Positions 19,647-30,295 of a DNA stretch of 48,025 bases are shown piece after piece. How positions within the stretch are numbered: the first letter of the stretch is position 1; the number at the start of each line of letters is the position of its first letter. The notes under the pieces are model-generated. The model saw only the letters and a program-made list of their open reading frames with translations. It did no database searches and was not told the DNA's origin. Source of the DNA: Frankiaceae bacterium (GTDB taxonomy: Bacteria; Actinomycetota; Actinomycetes; JAFAQI01); NCBI GenBank assembly GCA_030840585.1, contig JAVEEG010000211.1:1-48025 (forward strand). The letters run 5' to 3'. The position numbers were made by a program, and so were the translations under genes.

Positions 19647-20123
19647 CTACGAGCGGCCCTTCGCCCGGCGACCGGCCGCGCGCTCGATCTCCCGCGCCGC
19701 ATCGCGCGCCGCGAGCGTCTGCCGCTTGTCGTACGCCTTCTTGCCACGCGCCAGCGCGATCTCGACCTTCGCCTTGCCGTCCTTGAAATACAACGACAAC
19801 GGAACGAGGGTCAGCCCGCTCTCCTTCGTCTTGCCGATGAGCTTCGCAATCTCCTCGCGGTGCAACAACAGCTTGCGCGACCGCCGCGGCTCATGGTTCG
19901 TCCACGATCCCTGGTCGTACTCCGGGATGTGCGCACCCTCGAGCCACACCTCGCCATCTTTGATCCGGCCGTACGCATCGACGAGCGAGGCGCGACCGGC
20001 ACGTAACGACTTCACCTCGGTGCCGAGCAGCGCGAGACCGGCCTCGTACGTCTCGTCGATGTGGTAGTCGTGCCGGGCCTTCTTGTTCTGCGCGATGAGC
20101 TTGCGGCCGGACTCGCGAGCCAA
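19647..20123 (-). CDS. smpB: SsrA-binding protein
   Basis: [37 protein letters not shown]. Confidence 0.98.
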   Translation of the reverse strand: MARESGRKLIAQNKKARHDYHIDETYEAGLALLGTEVKSLRAGRASLVDAYGRIKDGEVWLEGAHIPEYDQGSWTNHEPRRSRKLLLHREEIAKLIGKTKESGLTLVPLSLYFKDGKAKVEIALARGKKAYDKRQTLAARDAAREIERAAGRRAKGRS

Positions 20124-20129
20124 CGAGAC

Positions 20130-21287
20130 TCAGCCCCGGCCACCGACGTCGGCGGTCAGGCCGGACAGCACCTCGACCGCGCGCTGCTCAATCACCGACG
20201 GCGGTATGCCGACCGGCATCTCGAGGTCAGGAGTGACGCCGACGCCATCAATCGAACGACCCGACGGCGTGAGGTAGTGCCCGACGGTCAACTCCAACGC
20301 CGACCCGTCCGACAGCTGGCTCGGCGCCTGCACACTGCCCTTGCCGAACGTCTGGCTGCCGATGATGACCGCGCGACCACGATCCTGCAGCGCCGACGCG
20401 ACGATCTCGGCCGCGCTCGCCGTACCGCCGTCGACCAGCACGACCAGTGGCACCCCCGTGTCGCCGCCGCCGAGCGCGTCGAGAACCTGCGGTGCCTCAC
20501 CACGTTGCTGGTACGAGACGACAGGACCATTGCGGAGGAACGCCGATGCCGTCTCCACGGCTTCGTCGAGCAAGCCGCCCGGGTTGTCGCGCAGGTCAAG
20601 CACCAACCCGCGAATATGGCGCGCCGCGGCCGCCCGTACTTCGGTGCGCGTCCAGCGCCCAACGCCCCGGGTGAACGCCGAGATGCGCAGCCGCTCGACC
20701 CCACCGCCGAGCGCAGTCGCCGACACGTCGTCGTCGCTGACCGCCGCCCGCCGAAGCACCGTCGTCACGACAGTCGAACCCCGCCGTACCTGTACGGCGA
20801 CCACCGTGCCGGCATCGCCACGCAAGCTCGCCACGACATCGGCCACCGATCGATTGCCGACCGGCCGGCCAGCCACCGCGACGACCACGTCACCCGCGCG
20901 CAAACCGGCCCGCGCGGCCGGCGATGACGGCTCGACCGACATGACCCGCAGCGCACCGTCGCTGCCGCGCCGGATCCACACGCCGACGCCGGTGTACGAG
21001 CCCGAGAGCACCTGTTCGAACCGGGTGTAGTCGTTCGGGCTGTAGTAGGCCGACCACTGGTCGTCGAGCGCGGCGAGCATCCCCTGCACCGCGGCCCGTT
21101 CAAGCGCCGCCTGCGAAACCGGGCGGGCCGCTTCGGCGCTGATTCGCTGCTCGGCCTCGTCGAGAACGCTCTGCGGAGCGTGCCCGTCGCGGGTGCCGGT
21201 CAGCGCCATCGTGACCGCGCCGGCGCCGTACGCCGTCAGCAGCGCGACGAACGCAGCCGCGATACGCAGCGGGCGGGGGGCGGGCAC
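20130..21287 (-). CDS. S41 family C-terminal processing protease with PDZ domain
   Basis: LDLRDNPGGLL, TASAAEIV, TFGKGSVQ, GVGVW PDZ loop. Confidence 0.93.
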   Translation of the reverse strand: MPAPRPLRIAAAFVALLTAYGAGAVTMALTGTRDGHAPQSVLDEAEQRISAEAARPVSQAALERAAVQGMLAALDDQWSAYYSPNDYTRFEQVLSGSYTGVGVWIRRGSDGALRVMSVEPSSPAARAGLRAGDVVVAVAGRPVGNRSVADVVASLRGDAGTVVAVQVRRGSTVVTTVLRRAAVSDDDVSATALGGGVERLRISAFTRGVGRWTRTEVRAAAARHIRGLVLDLRDNPGGLLDEAVETASAFLRNGPVVSYQQRGEAPQVLDALGGGDTGVPLVVLVDGGTASAAEIVASALQDRGRAVIIGSQTFGKGSVQAPSQLSDGSALELTVGHYLTPSGRSIDGVGVTPDLEMPVGIPPSVIEQRAVEVLSGLTADVGGRG

Positions 21288-21320
21288 TGGGCCAGGATAG
21301 TGGCGCCGGGGTAGTGGGGG

Positions 21321-22205
21321 TCAGACCCGCAGGTAGCGCTGCAGCGTGCCGACCGCCGTCAGGACCGACGCGACGATCGCCGTGAGCAGGAGGTACGGGA
21401 TCGCCTGCACGACCGTGCCCCACCCGATGATGTCGAGCAAATTCGTATTGAACGCATGCCCGATGCCGTGGTCGAACACCACCAGCTTGGTGAAGAACAG
21501 CAGTCCTGTGGCGATCGCGCCGCCGACAACGGCGCAGACCACGATCTCCAGCACGAACGGCGCTTCGATGTAAATGTCCGAGGCACCGACGAGGCGCATG
21601 ATGCCGACCTCGCGCCGGCGCGTGTACGCCGCCAGCCGGACGTTGTTGAAGATGAGCAACAGCGCCGCGATCAGCGCGGCCCCCGCGAACAACAGCACGA
21701 ACCGTTCCAACGTGTCGAAGAACGAGAACAGCTTCTTCAACGCGTCCGGTTCGGTCGCGACATCCTCCACGCCGGGCATGTCGCGGACCGCCTGCGCCAC
21801 GATGTTGAACTGCCGCGGGTTGTGCAGCTTCACCCGGAACGACTGCGGCATCTGCTGCTCGGACGAGTTGTTCACCAACGCCGGCGACGTCTTCGCGAAC
21901 TCTTTCTTGAACCGCTTCCACGCGGTGGACCGATCCTCGAAGAAGACCTGCTTCACCTGCGGGAGTGAGTTGAGTTCCTGCTGGATCGCGTCCTGCTGCG
22001 GGCCGGTGCTGTCCTGCTTGAGGAAGACCGACACCTCGATCTTGCCGAACCAGTAGTCGTGCGTGCGGTTGATCTGCGCATGGAACAGCCACGCCGCTCC
22101 GAGCGCGAACATCGCGATCGTGATCGTGATGGTGGTCGCGACCGTCATCGTCAAGTTACGACGAAGGCCCTGCCACATCTCGGTGAACACGAAGTTCCAG
22201 CGCAC
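21321..22205 (-). CDS. ftsX: Cell division permease FtsX
   Basis: GLRRNLTMT, RRREVGIMRLVGAS; follows ftsE. Confidence 0.96.
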   Translation of the reverse strand: MRWNFVFTEMWQGLRRNLTMTVATTITITIAMFALGAAWLFHAQINRTHDYWFGKIEVSVFLKQDSTGPQQDAIQQELNSLPQVKQVFFEDRSTAWKRFKKEFAKTSPALVNNSSEQQMPQSFRVKLHNPRQFNIVAQAVRDMPGVEDVATEPDALKKLFSFFDTLERFVLLFAGAALIAALLLIFNNVRLAAYTRRREVGIMRLVGASDIYIEAPFVLEIVVCAVVGGAIATGLLFFTKLVVFDHGIGHAFNTNLLDIIGWGTVVQAIPYLLLTAIVASVLTAVGTLQRYLRV

Positions 22206-22217
22206 GATCGGATCCTT

Positions 22218-22907
22218 TCAGCGGCTGTAGCCGTAGACGCCGCGGCTCTGGTCCCGGGTGACCTTGCCCTCTTCGAGCTCGATCACCCGGCGGCGCATCG
22301 AGTCGACGATGTGCGAGTCGTGAGTAGCCATGACGACCGTCGTACCGGTGCGGTTGATCCGGTCGAGCAACCGCATGATGCCGACGCTGGTCGCCGGGTC
22401 GAGGTTTCCGGTCGGCTCGTCCGCGAGCAGGATCATCGGGCGGTTGACGAACGCGCGCGCGACCGCGACCCGCTGCTGCTCACCACCGGACAACTCGTTC
22501 GGCATCCGGTCCTCCTTGCCGGCCAGCCCGACGAGGTCGAGCACCTCCGGCACCACCTTGGCGATCGAGTGCCGTGGCTTGCCGATGACCTCGAGGGCGA
22601 ACGCGACGTTCTCCGCCACTGTCTTATTCGGCAGCAGCCGGAAATCCTGGAACACGGTGCCGATCTGCCGGCGCAGCGCCGGGACCTTCCAGTGCGACAG
22701 CCGGGACAGATCCTTGCCGGCGACCCAGATGCCGCCGCGGGTGACCTTCTCCTCGCGCAGCACCAGGCGCAGGAAGGTCGACTTGCCCGATCCGGACTGC
22801 CCGACGAGGAACACGAACTCGCCCTTCTCGATCTCGACGCTGACGTCGTCGAGCGCGGGACGGGCGCTGGTCGGATAGACCTTCGTCACGGACTGCAACC
22901 GGATCAC
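22218..22907 (-). CDS. ftsE: Cell division ATP-binding protein FtsE
   Basis: [36 protein letters not shown]. Confidence 0.97.
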   Translation of the reverse strand: MIRLQSVTKVYPTSARPALDDVSVEIEKGEFVFLVGQSGSGKSTFLRLVLREEKVTRGGIWVAGKDLSRLSHWKVPALRRQIGTVFQDFRLLPNKTVAENVAFALEVIGKPRHSIAKVVPEVLDLVGLAGKEDRMPNELSGGEQQRVAVARAFVNRPMILLADEPTGNLDPATSVGIMRLLDRINRTGTTVVMATHDSHIVDSMRRRVIELEEGKVTRDQSRGVYGYSR

Positions 22908-23052
22908 GGGAGGCCAGACTACCGCGCGTAGTTGGGAATCCCCGCCATCAACCGCGACCGGCTCAACCGCCGCCCCGCTTGCACCGATCTAGGAGCAGGG
23001 CCCTATCTAACGCGGGGCGTAGGGTGCCCGGCGCCTGGGAAGGATGTCCGGC

Positions 23053-23241
23053 ATGTGCTGCGAGCAGCTGGCCTGCGCCAATTGCACCCGGCCGGTCGTC
23101 GAAGCCAGTTGCCCGACCTGCCGGGCCGCCCGCGCCGAACTGCACGGCGCCAGCCCGGCGTTGAACCTCGCGGTGATCGCGTTGCTCGTGACCGCGCTAC
23201 TCGCCGCGGCCGCCGTACTGTACGGCCGCTTCGCGGGCTAG
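23053..23241 (+). CDS. Small Cys-rich protein with C-terminal TM helix
   Basis: MCCEQLACANC..CPTCR then a hydrophobic helix. Confidence 0.7.
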   Translation: MCCEQLACANCTRPVVEASCPTCRAARAELHGASPALNLAVIALLVTALLAAAAVLYGRFAG

Positions 23242-23254
23242 CCCAACTAGCGGG

Positions 23255-24505
23255 TCAGCGACCCTGGACGCCGCGCGCCGGGTAGCTGCGGTGGCGCGGG
23301 TAGTAGGCCATGCCCGGCGCTGCGAACACCGGCCGGCGGCGACCGGCCCGAGTCAGGAACGCACCGGAGGCGCACAGCCCGGCCGCGACGAGCGACATCT
23401 CCCACGTCGGCAGTCCGGTGAACGGCAGCCGGGTGACCTTCTCGCCAAGCACCGTCGGGTGCTTAGGCGTCCGGACGACCTTCTCGCCGAGCACGTGCGT
23501 GCACTTCTTCGCGTACGACTTGGTCGCGGTGGTCATGCCCGGCGCCGACACCGTGACGACACCGGTCTTGCCTTCAGCGACGTTGTACGTGCGCTTGACG
23601 ATGTGGTCGGCCGCGACGATGACGTGCTCGGTCGCGCCGGCCGGCGTCACGACGGTGAACGTGACGTCGTCGGTGGTCGTGTCGTCGAGCTTCATGTTGC
23701 TCATGACGACCTGGATGCCGTGGGCGCACGACGTACCGAACGAGACCTTGGGGTCGACCGCGCCACCGTCGGAGCTACCGCTGTCGCAGCTGGTGGGGCG
23801 CGAGTACGTGCCGAGCTGGTTCGAGTTGGTCTTGTCGGTCGCGGTCACCGTCGGGTGCGCGGCGCTGACGTCGATGTCGACGACCGACTCGGTGCCGGCG
23901 GGGACGGAGACGTCGTGCGCGGCGTCGACGCCGGACGGGTCGATGCGCACCGACGCGGCGTCGCTGCCGCCATCGATCGTGACGGTGGCCTTCGTGCAGT
24001 CACCGGTCACGCCACCACTCGTCGGGACGACCAGCGGGACCTCGGTCGGTTCGCCGTCACACAGGAACCAGTGGCTGATGGTGGGCACGTTGTCTTGCGC
24101 GAGGCCGACCATCGGTGCGTGCAGGCCGCTCACCGGGAGGGTCGCAAACACGCTCGAGGAGTAGACGTTGTAAGCGTCGCCGCCCTTGACCACCAATGCG
24201 TGGATTTGGGTGCCGTCCGGAATCGCCGAAACGGTGAGGTTGCTGCCGTCGCTGGTGATGACGAAGTCGTTCGCGGAGTAACCACCACTGCCGTTTACCG
24301 CGACCTCGGTGTCGCCATCGAAGCCGAGCTGACTGCACGCGCTGGTCTTGCCGTCGTGGAGGTTGCCCGGATACGCGGTCGCGCGCTGGTCACCTGCGGT
24401 GGGAGTGGAAGTCGTCGCGGCGAACGCGGCGGCCGCGCCGGCGAATGGTGCAACGACACAGACAGCGGCACCGGCGATCATTAACCGGGCGAAACGTGCA
24501 GACAT
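23255..24505 (-). CDS. Secreted LPxTG-type (LPFTG) cell-wall-anchored protein
   Basis: Signal peptide; VVKGG..YNVY..ISHWFLC domain; VLGEKVTRLPFTG + TM + basic tail. Confidence 0.82.
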   Translation of the reverse strand: MSARFARLMIAGAAVCVVAPFAGAAAAFAATTSTPTAGDQRATAYPGNLHDGKTSACSQLGFDGDTEVAVNGSGGYSANDFVITSDGSNLTVSAIPDGTQIHALVVKGGDAYNVYSSSVFATLPVSGLHAPMVGLAQDNVPTISHWFLCDGEPTEVPLVVPTSGGVTGDCTKATVTIDGGSDAASVRIDPSGVDAAHDVSVPAGTESVVDIDVSAAHPTVTATDKTNSNQLGTYSRPTSCDSGSSDGGAVDPKVSFGTSCAHGIQVVMSNMKLDDTTTDDVTFTVVTPAGATEHVIVAADHIVKRTYNVAEGKTGVVTVSAPGMTTATKSYAKKCTHVLGEKVVRTPKHPTVLGEKVTRLPFTGLPTWEMSLVAAGLCASGAFLTRAGRRRPVFAAPGMAYYPRHRSYPARGVQGR

Positions 24506-24628
24506 CCGGATACTCCCCCAACACGCGCCGTGGGCTGGCGCTTCCTTCACGGTGGTCAGTTCCTAACCGTCCGTCAAGCAGTACGACGACATTCGGTCCT
24601 TTCTCCCGGTACGAGAATCCTCCGAACG

Positions 24629-24670
24629 GACTATGGCCGCACCACCCACAAGGATGGTGCGGCCATAGTC
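24629..24670 (-). terminator. Strong hairpin after the large adhesin gene
   Basis: gactatggccgcacca / tggtgcggccatagtc, perfect 16-bp stem. Confidence 0.65.
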
Positions 24671-24680
24671 GTTGACTTAC

Positions 24681-27600
24681 TTAGGAATCTTCGCGCCGGC
24701 GAGCCGTCACCAGCGCCGCACCAACCGCGATCAGCAAGCTGGCGATCGCCACCGCGGTGACCGGCGGGAGGCCGGCCCCGGTGAACGGCAACGTCGGCGG
24801 CTTGCGGACCACCTTGATGCCCAACACCTGGATGATCGTCGTCTTCACTTCGTTGGACGGCTTGTCCGCGGTCTCGCCGGAGACGATGACACCGGAGTTG
24901 GTAACAGTCTTGGTCGGCAGCCCGACGGTCGAGTCGAACGCCGGCTTGTCGATCGTGACCTGGAACGTCACGTGCCGGGCATCCGCGCCGTGGGCGATGT
25001 CACCGAGCTCCCACGACACGGTGTGCGTCGCCGCGTCGTAACCGGTGGTGCACGGTCCCGCGTCGCTGCAGGCCGCGCTGCCGTCGACGTAGGTCGTACC
25101 GTCCGGCACCACGTCCGTGACGACGACGCCGGTCTGGTCGAGGTCACCGGTAGTGGCCGCGTCCAGCGTGTAAGTCAGCGTGTCGCCGTATGCCGCGGAC
25201 GTCTGGTCGACGTGCTTGACGAGGGTCAGGTCGCCGGTCGGCACGTGGTGATCAGTCGTGCACGGGTCGCTCCCCGCCGGCGCACCCGGGCACTCGCCGT
25301 CGATCAGGACCGCGTTGGTGAGCGTCGTACCTTCCGGCGCCGCCGCGTCGACCGTCACCGTGTAGGTGATCGTCGTGACTCCGTCGACTCCGTCCTGCGC
25401 GGCCGGCACGTCGACCAGCCAGGAGAGCTGGCCGTTGCTGTTGCTCGCCGCCGTCGGGGTCACCGACGAGTCGTCGAGCGTCACATTGGTCGGCAATGTG
25501 TCGACCACGGTGACGTCGTGCGCCGCGGCCAGGCCGGAGTTGCTCACCGTGATCGTGTAGTCGATCGAGTCGCCGCGCTGGACGATCGATCCGCTCGCCG
25601 GGTCGGCCGTCTTGGCCAACGCGAGTACGGCGAACTCGACCTCGTGGTGCGTCGTGTTCGTGTGGCACAGACTCTGCGCCGGGTCGAGGCAGTCGGCCGA
25701 CGACGTGTGCGTGTTCGCGAACGTGCCGGTGTTGTCGATCAGCGTCCCGTTGACGTCGGTCTCGACGACGTGGGCCTGGAAGGACACTGCCACCGAGCCA
25801 CCCGCCGCCACGTCGACCGACCACGACACCGTGTTGGTGCCGCTGTCGAACATGCCGCCGGTCGCGTCCGCCGATCCCTGCACGTACTCGGTGCCGTCCG
25901 GTACGACGTCACTGACCGGTACGCCGGTCGCGTCCGCCAGCCCGTCGTTGTGAACGGTCAGCGTGTAGGTGATGTCGTCGCCGGGGCTGACCGGTGTCGG
26001 CGCGGCCGCGCTGCCCGACTCGGGGTCGGACGCCTTGGTAACCCTGATCTCCGGGTACTTGACCACGTGGTCCGTGACGTTGGTGTAACGGGTCGTGTGC
26101 CCGCTCGTCACCGACGCCTGGTTGTAGATGTGGTCGCCGTCGCCATCGCTCGCCTTCACGGTCACCGAGAAGCTGACCGTCGCGGAACTGCCCGCGGCGA
26201 TGTCGGTGGTCCAGGTGATGACGCCACCGGTCACGTCGATCGATCCGGCGCAACCCGCGCTGGTGCCGGTGCCACATGCCGCGTCGTTGTTGTACGTCGC
26301 CTTCGCGAAGACGTTGACGCTCGGGTCGGCGGAGGCACCCGAGGCCGGCTCAGCGATCTGTACGTCGGTCGCCGTCACACTGCCGGTGTTCTGCACCGTG
26401 ATCGTGTAGTTGATCGTGTTGTTCGGCGCGTCCACCGACACGACACCGGAGGCCGGAGCCTTGACCGGCGCCGGGATCAGCGGCGAGTGCGAGATCTCGT
26501 TGTTGTCGACGGTGCCGCAACTCTCGACCGCGGAGTTGTTGTTGGCGTCGCCGTCGTACGTGACCTTCCAGTAGAAGTTCGTGTGCGTCCCGTCGACCGC
26601 GACGTTCGGCGACGTGGCGTCACCATTCGCGTCGAGCGCGACGTCACCGTCGGACGCGGTGGTCGGCCAGTACGCCGTTCCGCCGCAGCCGGCCGCCGTG
26701 TACAGCGCGAAGTGGACCGTCTCGCCGGTCACGCTGGACGCGAAGTCACGCAGGTGCGCGACATCGTGCACCGTGCCGTCGACAGTGCCGGTGTTGCTGG
26801 CGACCGTCGTCAGGTTCGGCGTGGCCTTGCCCACGATGACCTGCTCACCGGTGTCGGTGCAGCTGCCCGGCAGCTTGTCGCTGCCGATCGTCAGGACGGC
26901 CAGCCAGTGGTACGTGCCGGCAGTGCTGACGCTCGTCGTGATCGGCTGCGCCGGGTAGGTGCCCGGGCCGCTGACCGCGACCGACGAGCCGACCTTCTTC
27001 GCCGCGTCGGGCGAGTTCGGGTTGCAGGCCTGGCCGGTCTTGTAGAGGTAGAAGTCGATGGTGCCGGTGGCGGCCTGCTGGATGCCGCTGATCGTCGCCT
27101 GGTCGCCGATCGTCGCGGTCGGGTTGAGCGCGAGTGGGCTGTTCACCGTGGTCGAAGGTGACGCGACCGTGCCGAGGCTCGCCATCGGGTCGTGGACCTC
27201 GACGGTGAACAACGTGGTCGTCACGTTCGCCGACGTGATCGGCTGCACGGCGAAGACGTCATTCGGAGCGTCCGGCACCGTGTACGGCCACGGCACGCCG
27301 GTCTCCTTCCAGTAGTACTGGTTCGGCCAAGTCGCGTGCGTGTAGTTCGCGGTGCAGAAACCGTTACTGCCGGTCGTGCAGGTGAAGCCGACGCTGGTGT
27401 CCGCGTCGGTCTGGCCGCTGGCGGCGGTCTGCAGACCGGCCACGCCGTTGCTCTCGACCCACAGCGCGAACGTCGCGCCGGCGATCGGCGTCGTACCCGG
27501 CACGTCGGTCTTGTGCACAGTCAGCGAGGTTTCATGTTGCGCGTCGTGGACGTCGACCGAGACGTTCTGGTGAGTCTGGTCGACGACGACACCGGTGACG

Positions 27601-28865
27601 TTCGCGGCAGTGTCGTAGCCCTGCGGCGTCACGGATTCGTGCAGGTCGTAAGTGCCAGGGGCGACGTCACTGAAGACCAGCGTGCCGTCGCCGTCGCTGT
27701 CCGCGACGGTGTCGACAACGGCTTGGGTCGCGTGGTTCAGCAACTGGAAGCTGCTGTGCCCGAGTGCGGCTGAGCCGGCGGTCTTCTTGTGCACGGTGAT
27801 GCTGCCCTGACCATCGACGAACACCGGCACCGGCGAGTTCGCGGCGCCGGTCGGCACCGTCACGCTCGGCGACGACGAGTCGACGAAGTATCCGGAGGGC
27901 GGGGACTGCTCGGTCACGGTGTAGTTGCCCGGCGTCACCGGGTCGACCGTGATCTGGCCGTCGGCCGGGTCGCTGTCGTACGTGCCGTTGTCGAGCACGT
28001 CGAGGTAGGCGCCCGGGCTCGCGACCGGCCGCGGATCCGGTGTGATCCGGAAGGTCGCGCCGGCGAGCAACGCACCGGAGCCGTCGTGCTTCACGATCTT
28101 CAGCTGGCCACAGCTGGAACCGGCCGACAGCTTGAGCGGCTTGATGAAGTCCTTGAGGTTCTCGCCGGTCTCGCCGGTGACGTTGCGGAATCCGAGCGAC
28201 CCGAACAGCGGCGGGCAGGCCGGCTGCAGGTTGAGCAGAGTTGTCAGGTCGAAGGCGAACTCCAGGAACGACTCGTCCGCACTGATCGCGTAGTCGAAAC
28301 CGGCCTGGTTCACGCTCACCGACGTCCACGCGCCGCTGACCCACTTCGATGCGGACGCGAGCGCGATGACGCCGTTGCCCTTGTCATCCAACCGGAATCG
28401 CAGGTCGTTGTCGGAGCGGACTGGCGCGTAAGTCGTGGTGTTGGTCGGCTGCAGCTTGTTCAGTTCGAGGTAGTAGGAGTCGGTGCCCGAGGTCGCGCCG
28501 CGGTCGAATGCGAAGAACACGTCAGCCGTGTTCGGCTTCGCGTAGCCGTAGATGTTCGTCATGTCGTCCTTCGGCGGCGCACCGCCGGCGATCGTCCATG
28601 TCGACGGATCGTTGCTTTCCTTGCTACTCGCCGAATAGACCGTCGGGTCGCCGCCCGCGTCGTCGTTCTCGATCGGCTGCGTGCCGACGGCCGCACTCGT
28701 CCAGTCGAGGTTGGCGGCGTTGTCGACCGTCTTGTTGCCGTCGATCTCGAATCCCGCGTCGAGACCCGCGGCGCCGGCCTGGGTTACGAATGCCGCAGGC
28801 AGCCACATCACCGACAGCAGGAGTGCCGTAAGACCCGCGAAGAACCGGCGGCTGAAACGATGCAT
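24681..28865 (-). CDS. Large LPFTG-anchored adhesin with SpaA/CnaB-type and DUF11-like isopeptide domains
   Basis: Signal peptide; LAGATF..PGNYTVTE..P.GY repeats; K..DP..GD.I.YT.TV.N repeats; LPFTG + TM + RRR. Confidence 0.9.
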   Translation of the reverse strand: MHRFSRRFFAGLTALLLSVMWLPAAFVTQAGAAGLDAGFEIDGNKTVDNAANLDWTSAAVGTQPIENDDAGGDPTVYSASSKESNDPSTWTIAGGAPPKDDMTNIYGYAKPNTADVFFAFDRGATSGTDSYYLELNKLQPTNTTTYAPVRSDNDLRFRLDDKGNGVIALASASKWVSGAWTSVSVNQAGFDYAISADESFLEFAFDLTTLLNLQPACPPLFGSLGFRNVTGETGENLKDFIKPLKLSAGSSCGQLKIVKHDGSGALLAGATFRITPDPRPVASPGAYLDVLDNGTYDSDPADGQITVDPVTPGNYTVTEQSPPSGYFVDSSSPSVTVPTGAANSPVPVFVDGQGSITVHKKTAGSAALGHSSFQLLNHATQAVVDTVADSDGDGTLVFSDVAPGTYDLHESVTPQGYDTAANVTGVVVDQTHQNVSVDVHDAQHETSLTVHKTDVPGTTPIAGATFALWVESNGVAGLQTAASGQTDADTSVGFTCTTGSNGFCTANYTHATWPNQYYWKETGVPWPYTVPDAPNDVFAVQPITSANVTTTLFTVEVHDPMASLGTVASPSTTVNSPLALNPTATIGDQATISGIQQAATGTIDFYLYKTGQACNPNSPDAAKKVGSSVAVSGPGTYPAQPITTSVSTAGTYHWLAVLTIGSDKLPGSCTDTGEQVIVGKATPNLTTVASNTGTVDGTVHDVAHLRDFASSVTGETVHFALYTAAGCGGTAYWPTTASDGDVALDANGDATSPNVAVDGTHTNFYWKVTYDGDANNNSAVESCGTVDNNEISHSPLIPAPVKAPASGVVSVDAPNNTINYTITVQNTGSVTATDVQIAEPASGASADPSVNVFAKATYNNDAACGTGTSAGCAGSIDVTGGVITWTTDIAAGSSATVSFSVTVKASDGDGDHIYNQASVTSGHTTRYTNVTDHVVKYPEIRVTKASDPESGSAAAPTPVSPGDDITYTLTVHNDGLADATGVPVSDVVPDGTEYVQGSADATGGMFDSGTNTVSWSVDVAAGGSVAVSFQAHVVETDVNGTLIDNTGTFANTHTSSADCLDPAQSLCHTNTTHHEVEFAVLALAKTADPASGSIVQRGDSIDYTITVSNSGLAAAHDVTVVDTLPTNVTLDDSSVTPTAASNSNGQLSWLVDVPAAQDGVDGVTTITYTVTVDAAAPEGTTLTNAVLIDGECPGAPAGSDPCTTDHHVPTGDLTLVKHVDQTSAAYGDTLTYTLDAATTGDLDQTGVVVTDVVPDGTTYVDGSAACSDAGPCTTGYDAATHTVSWELGDIAHGADARHVTFQVTIDKPAFDSTVGLPTKTVTNSGVIVSGETADKPSNEVKTTIIQVLGIKVVRKPPTLPFTGAGLPPVTAVAIASLLIAVGAALVTARRREDS

Positions 28866-28891
28866 CGGGCACCCCTACTTCGAAAGACGAA

Positions 28892-28985
28892 GCACGGGTC
28901 GGTCTCACCAGTGGCTCCCCGCGACCGGGCACTTGTAAGTGCCGGTGACCGATACGTCAGTCGCGGATCAACGCCCCCCGAGCGC
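28892..28985 (-). promoter_or_regulatory. Candidate c-di-GMP-II riboswitch (GAG variant)
   Basis: Kink-turn-like TGA/GGAG flanking stem CCGCGACTG/CGGTCGCGG; pseudoknot TCGGTCACC with GGTGAGACCGA; 3' GGAGCCACTGGTGAGACCGACC; in the adhesin 5' leader. Confidence 0.78.
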
Positions 28986-29171
28986 GCCGGCAAAGGCCGA
29001 CAACGCCACATTCGGCGCTATGGGCGTTGCCGTCAAAGGCCACCGGTCCCCCTTGTAGGGCGATGTCGGATATGCCCCTGGAAGTGCAGCCGTTCGGACA
29101 TCGGGCGATAGGCCGACGTGACTACACATGCCGCCCCCAACCTGAGGGTGCGAATCGACCGATCGTTGAGA

Positions 29172-30275
29172 TCAGTCAGCCTGTTGGCGGCGCCAGCGGA
29201 TCTCGGCATCGACGAATGCGTCGATGTCGCCGTCGAGGACCGCGGCGGTATTGCCCACCTCGACCTCTGTGCGCGCGTCTTTCACGAGCTGGTACGGGTG
29301 CAGGACGTAGTGCCGGATGATGTCGTCGCTGCCGAACCCGACCGTGTTGCGGGATCCCTTGAGCCGCCGCATCTCGTCGGCCTCCTCTTGCCGGCGCGAT
29401 TCCAGCAGCCGCGCCTGCAACACCTCCATCGCACGCGCGCGGTTCTGGATCTGGCTGCGCTCGTTCTGGCAGGTGACGACGATCCCCGTAGGCAGGTGCG
29501 TGAGCCGGACTGCGGAGTCCGTGGTGTTGACGCCCTGGCCGCCTGGGCCGCTGGACCGGTAGACGTCGACGCGGATCTCGTCGTCGGGGATGTCGACATG
29601 GTCGGTGGCCTCGACCACCGGAGTGACATCGACGCCGGCGAACGAGGTCTGCCGGCGGGCTTGGTTGTCGAACGGCGAGATGCGCACCAGCCGGTGCACG
29701 CCGTGCTCGCCGGCCAGCGTCCCGTACGCGAACGGCGCCTTGACCACGAACGTCGCCGACTTGATGCCGGCCTCTTCGGCGTACGACGTGTCGTAGACCT
29801 CGGTTTGGTAGCCGTGCCGCTCGGCCCAGCGGGTGTACATCCGGAACAGCATGAGCGCCCAATCGGCCGCGTCGGTGCCGCCGGTGCCGGAGTTGATCGT
29901 GACGACGGCTTCCCGCGGGTCGTATTCGCCGGAGAGCAGCGTGCGGACCTCAAGGCCCGCGATGTCGGTGGCGAGCGCAGGCAGATCCGCCGTGGCTTCC
30001 TCGATCAGCGCGACATCGTCGAGGTCGATCGCGGCCTGGATGTCGTCGAGCCGGCCGCGCAACGCCTCGACCCGGGCCAAGTCGCTGCGCAGGTGCGACA
30101 TCCGGCTGGTGACCGACTGCGCCCGCTCCTGGTCGTTCCAGAGCTCGGGATCGGCGGCCTCTTCTTCGAGCACGGCCAGCTGCTTGCGCATGCCGTCGAG
30201 GTCGAGCACCGTTTCGACCGACGACATCGTCGCCGCGAGCTGTGCGACCCGCTCCCTCATATCTCCCGGCGGCAT
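29172..30275 (-). CDS. prfB: Peptide chain release factor 2
   Basis: [11 protein letters not shown] (SPF), GPGGQGVN (GGQ), NERSQ; single uninterrupted ORF. Confidence 0.97.
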   Translation of the reverse strand: MPPGDMRERVAQLAATMSSVETVLDLDGMRKQLAVLEEEAADPELWNDQERAQSVTSRMSHLRSDLARVEALRGRLDDIQAAIDLDDVALIEEATADLPALATDIAGLEVRTLLSGEYDPREAVVTINSGTGGTDAADWALMLFRMYTRWAERHGYQTEVYDTSYAEEAGIKSATFVVKAPFAYGTLAGEHGVHRLVRISPFDNQARRQTSFAGVDVTPVVEATDHVDIPDDEIRVDVYRSSGPGGQGVNTTDSAVRLTHLPTGIVVTCQNERSQIQNRARAMEVLQARLLESRRQEEADEMRRLKGSRNTVGFGSDDIIRHYVLHPYQLVKDARTEVEVGNTAAVLDGDIDAFVDAEIRWRRQQAD

Positions 30276-30295
30276 GCGGGCAAGACTAGTCGCGG

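Noticed and set aside
24672-27161. 829-aa plus-strand ORF
   Set aside because: Arg-rich antisense shadow of the adhesin, typical of high-GC DNA
29172-30275. Programmed +1 frameshift in prfB
   Set aside because: ORF is continuous, with no CTT-TGA slip site near the start
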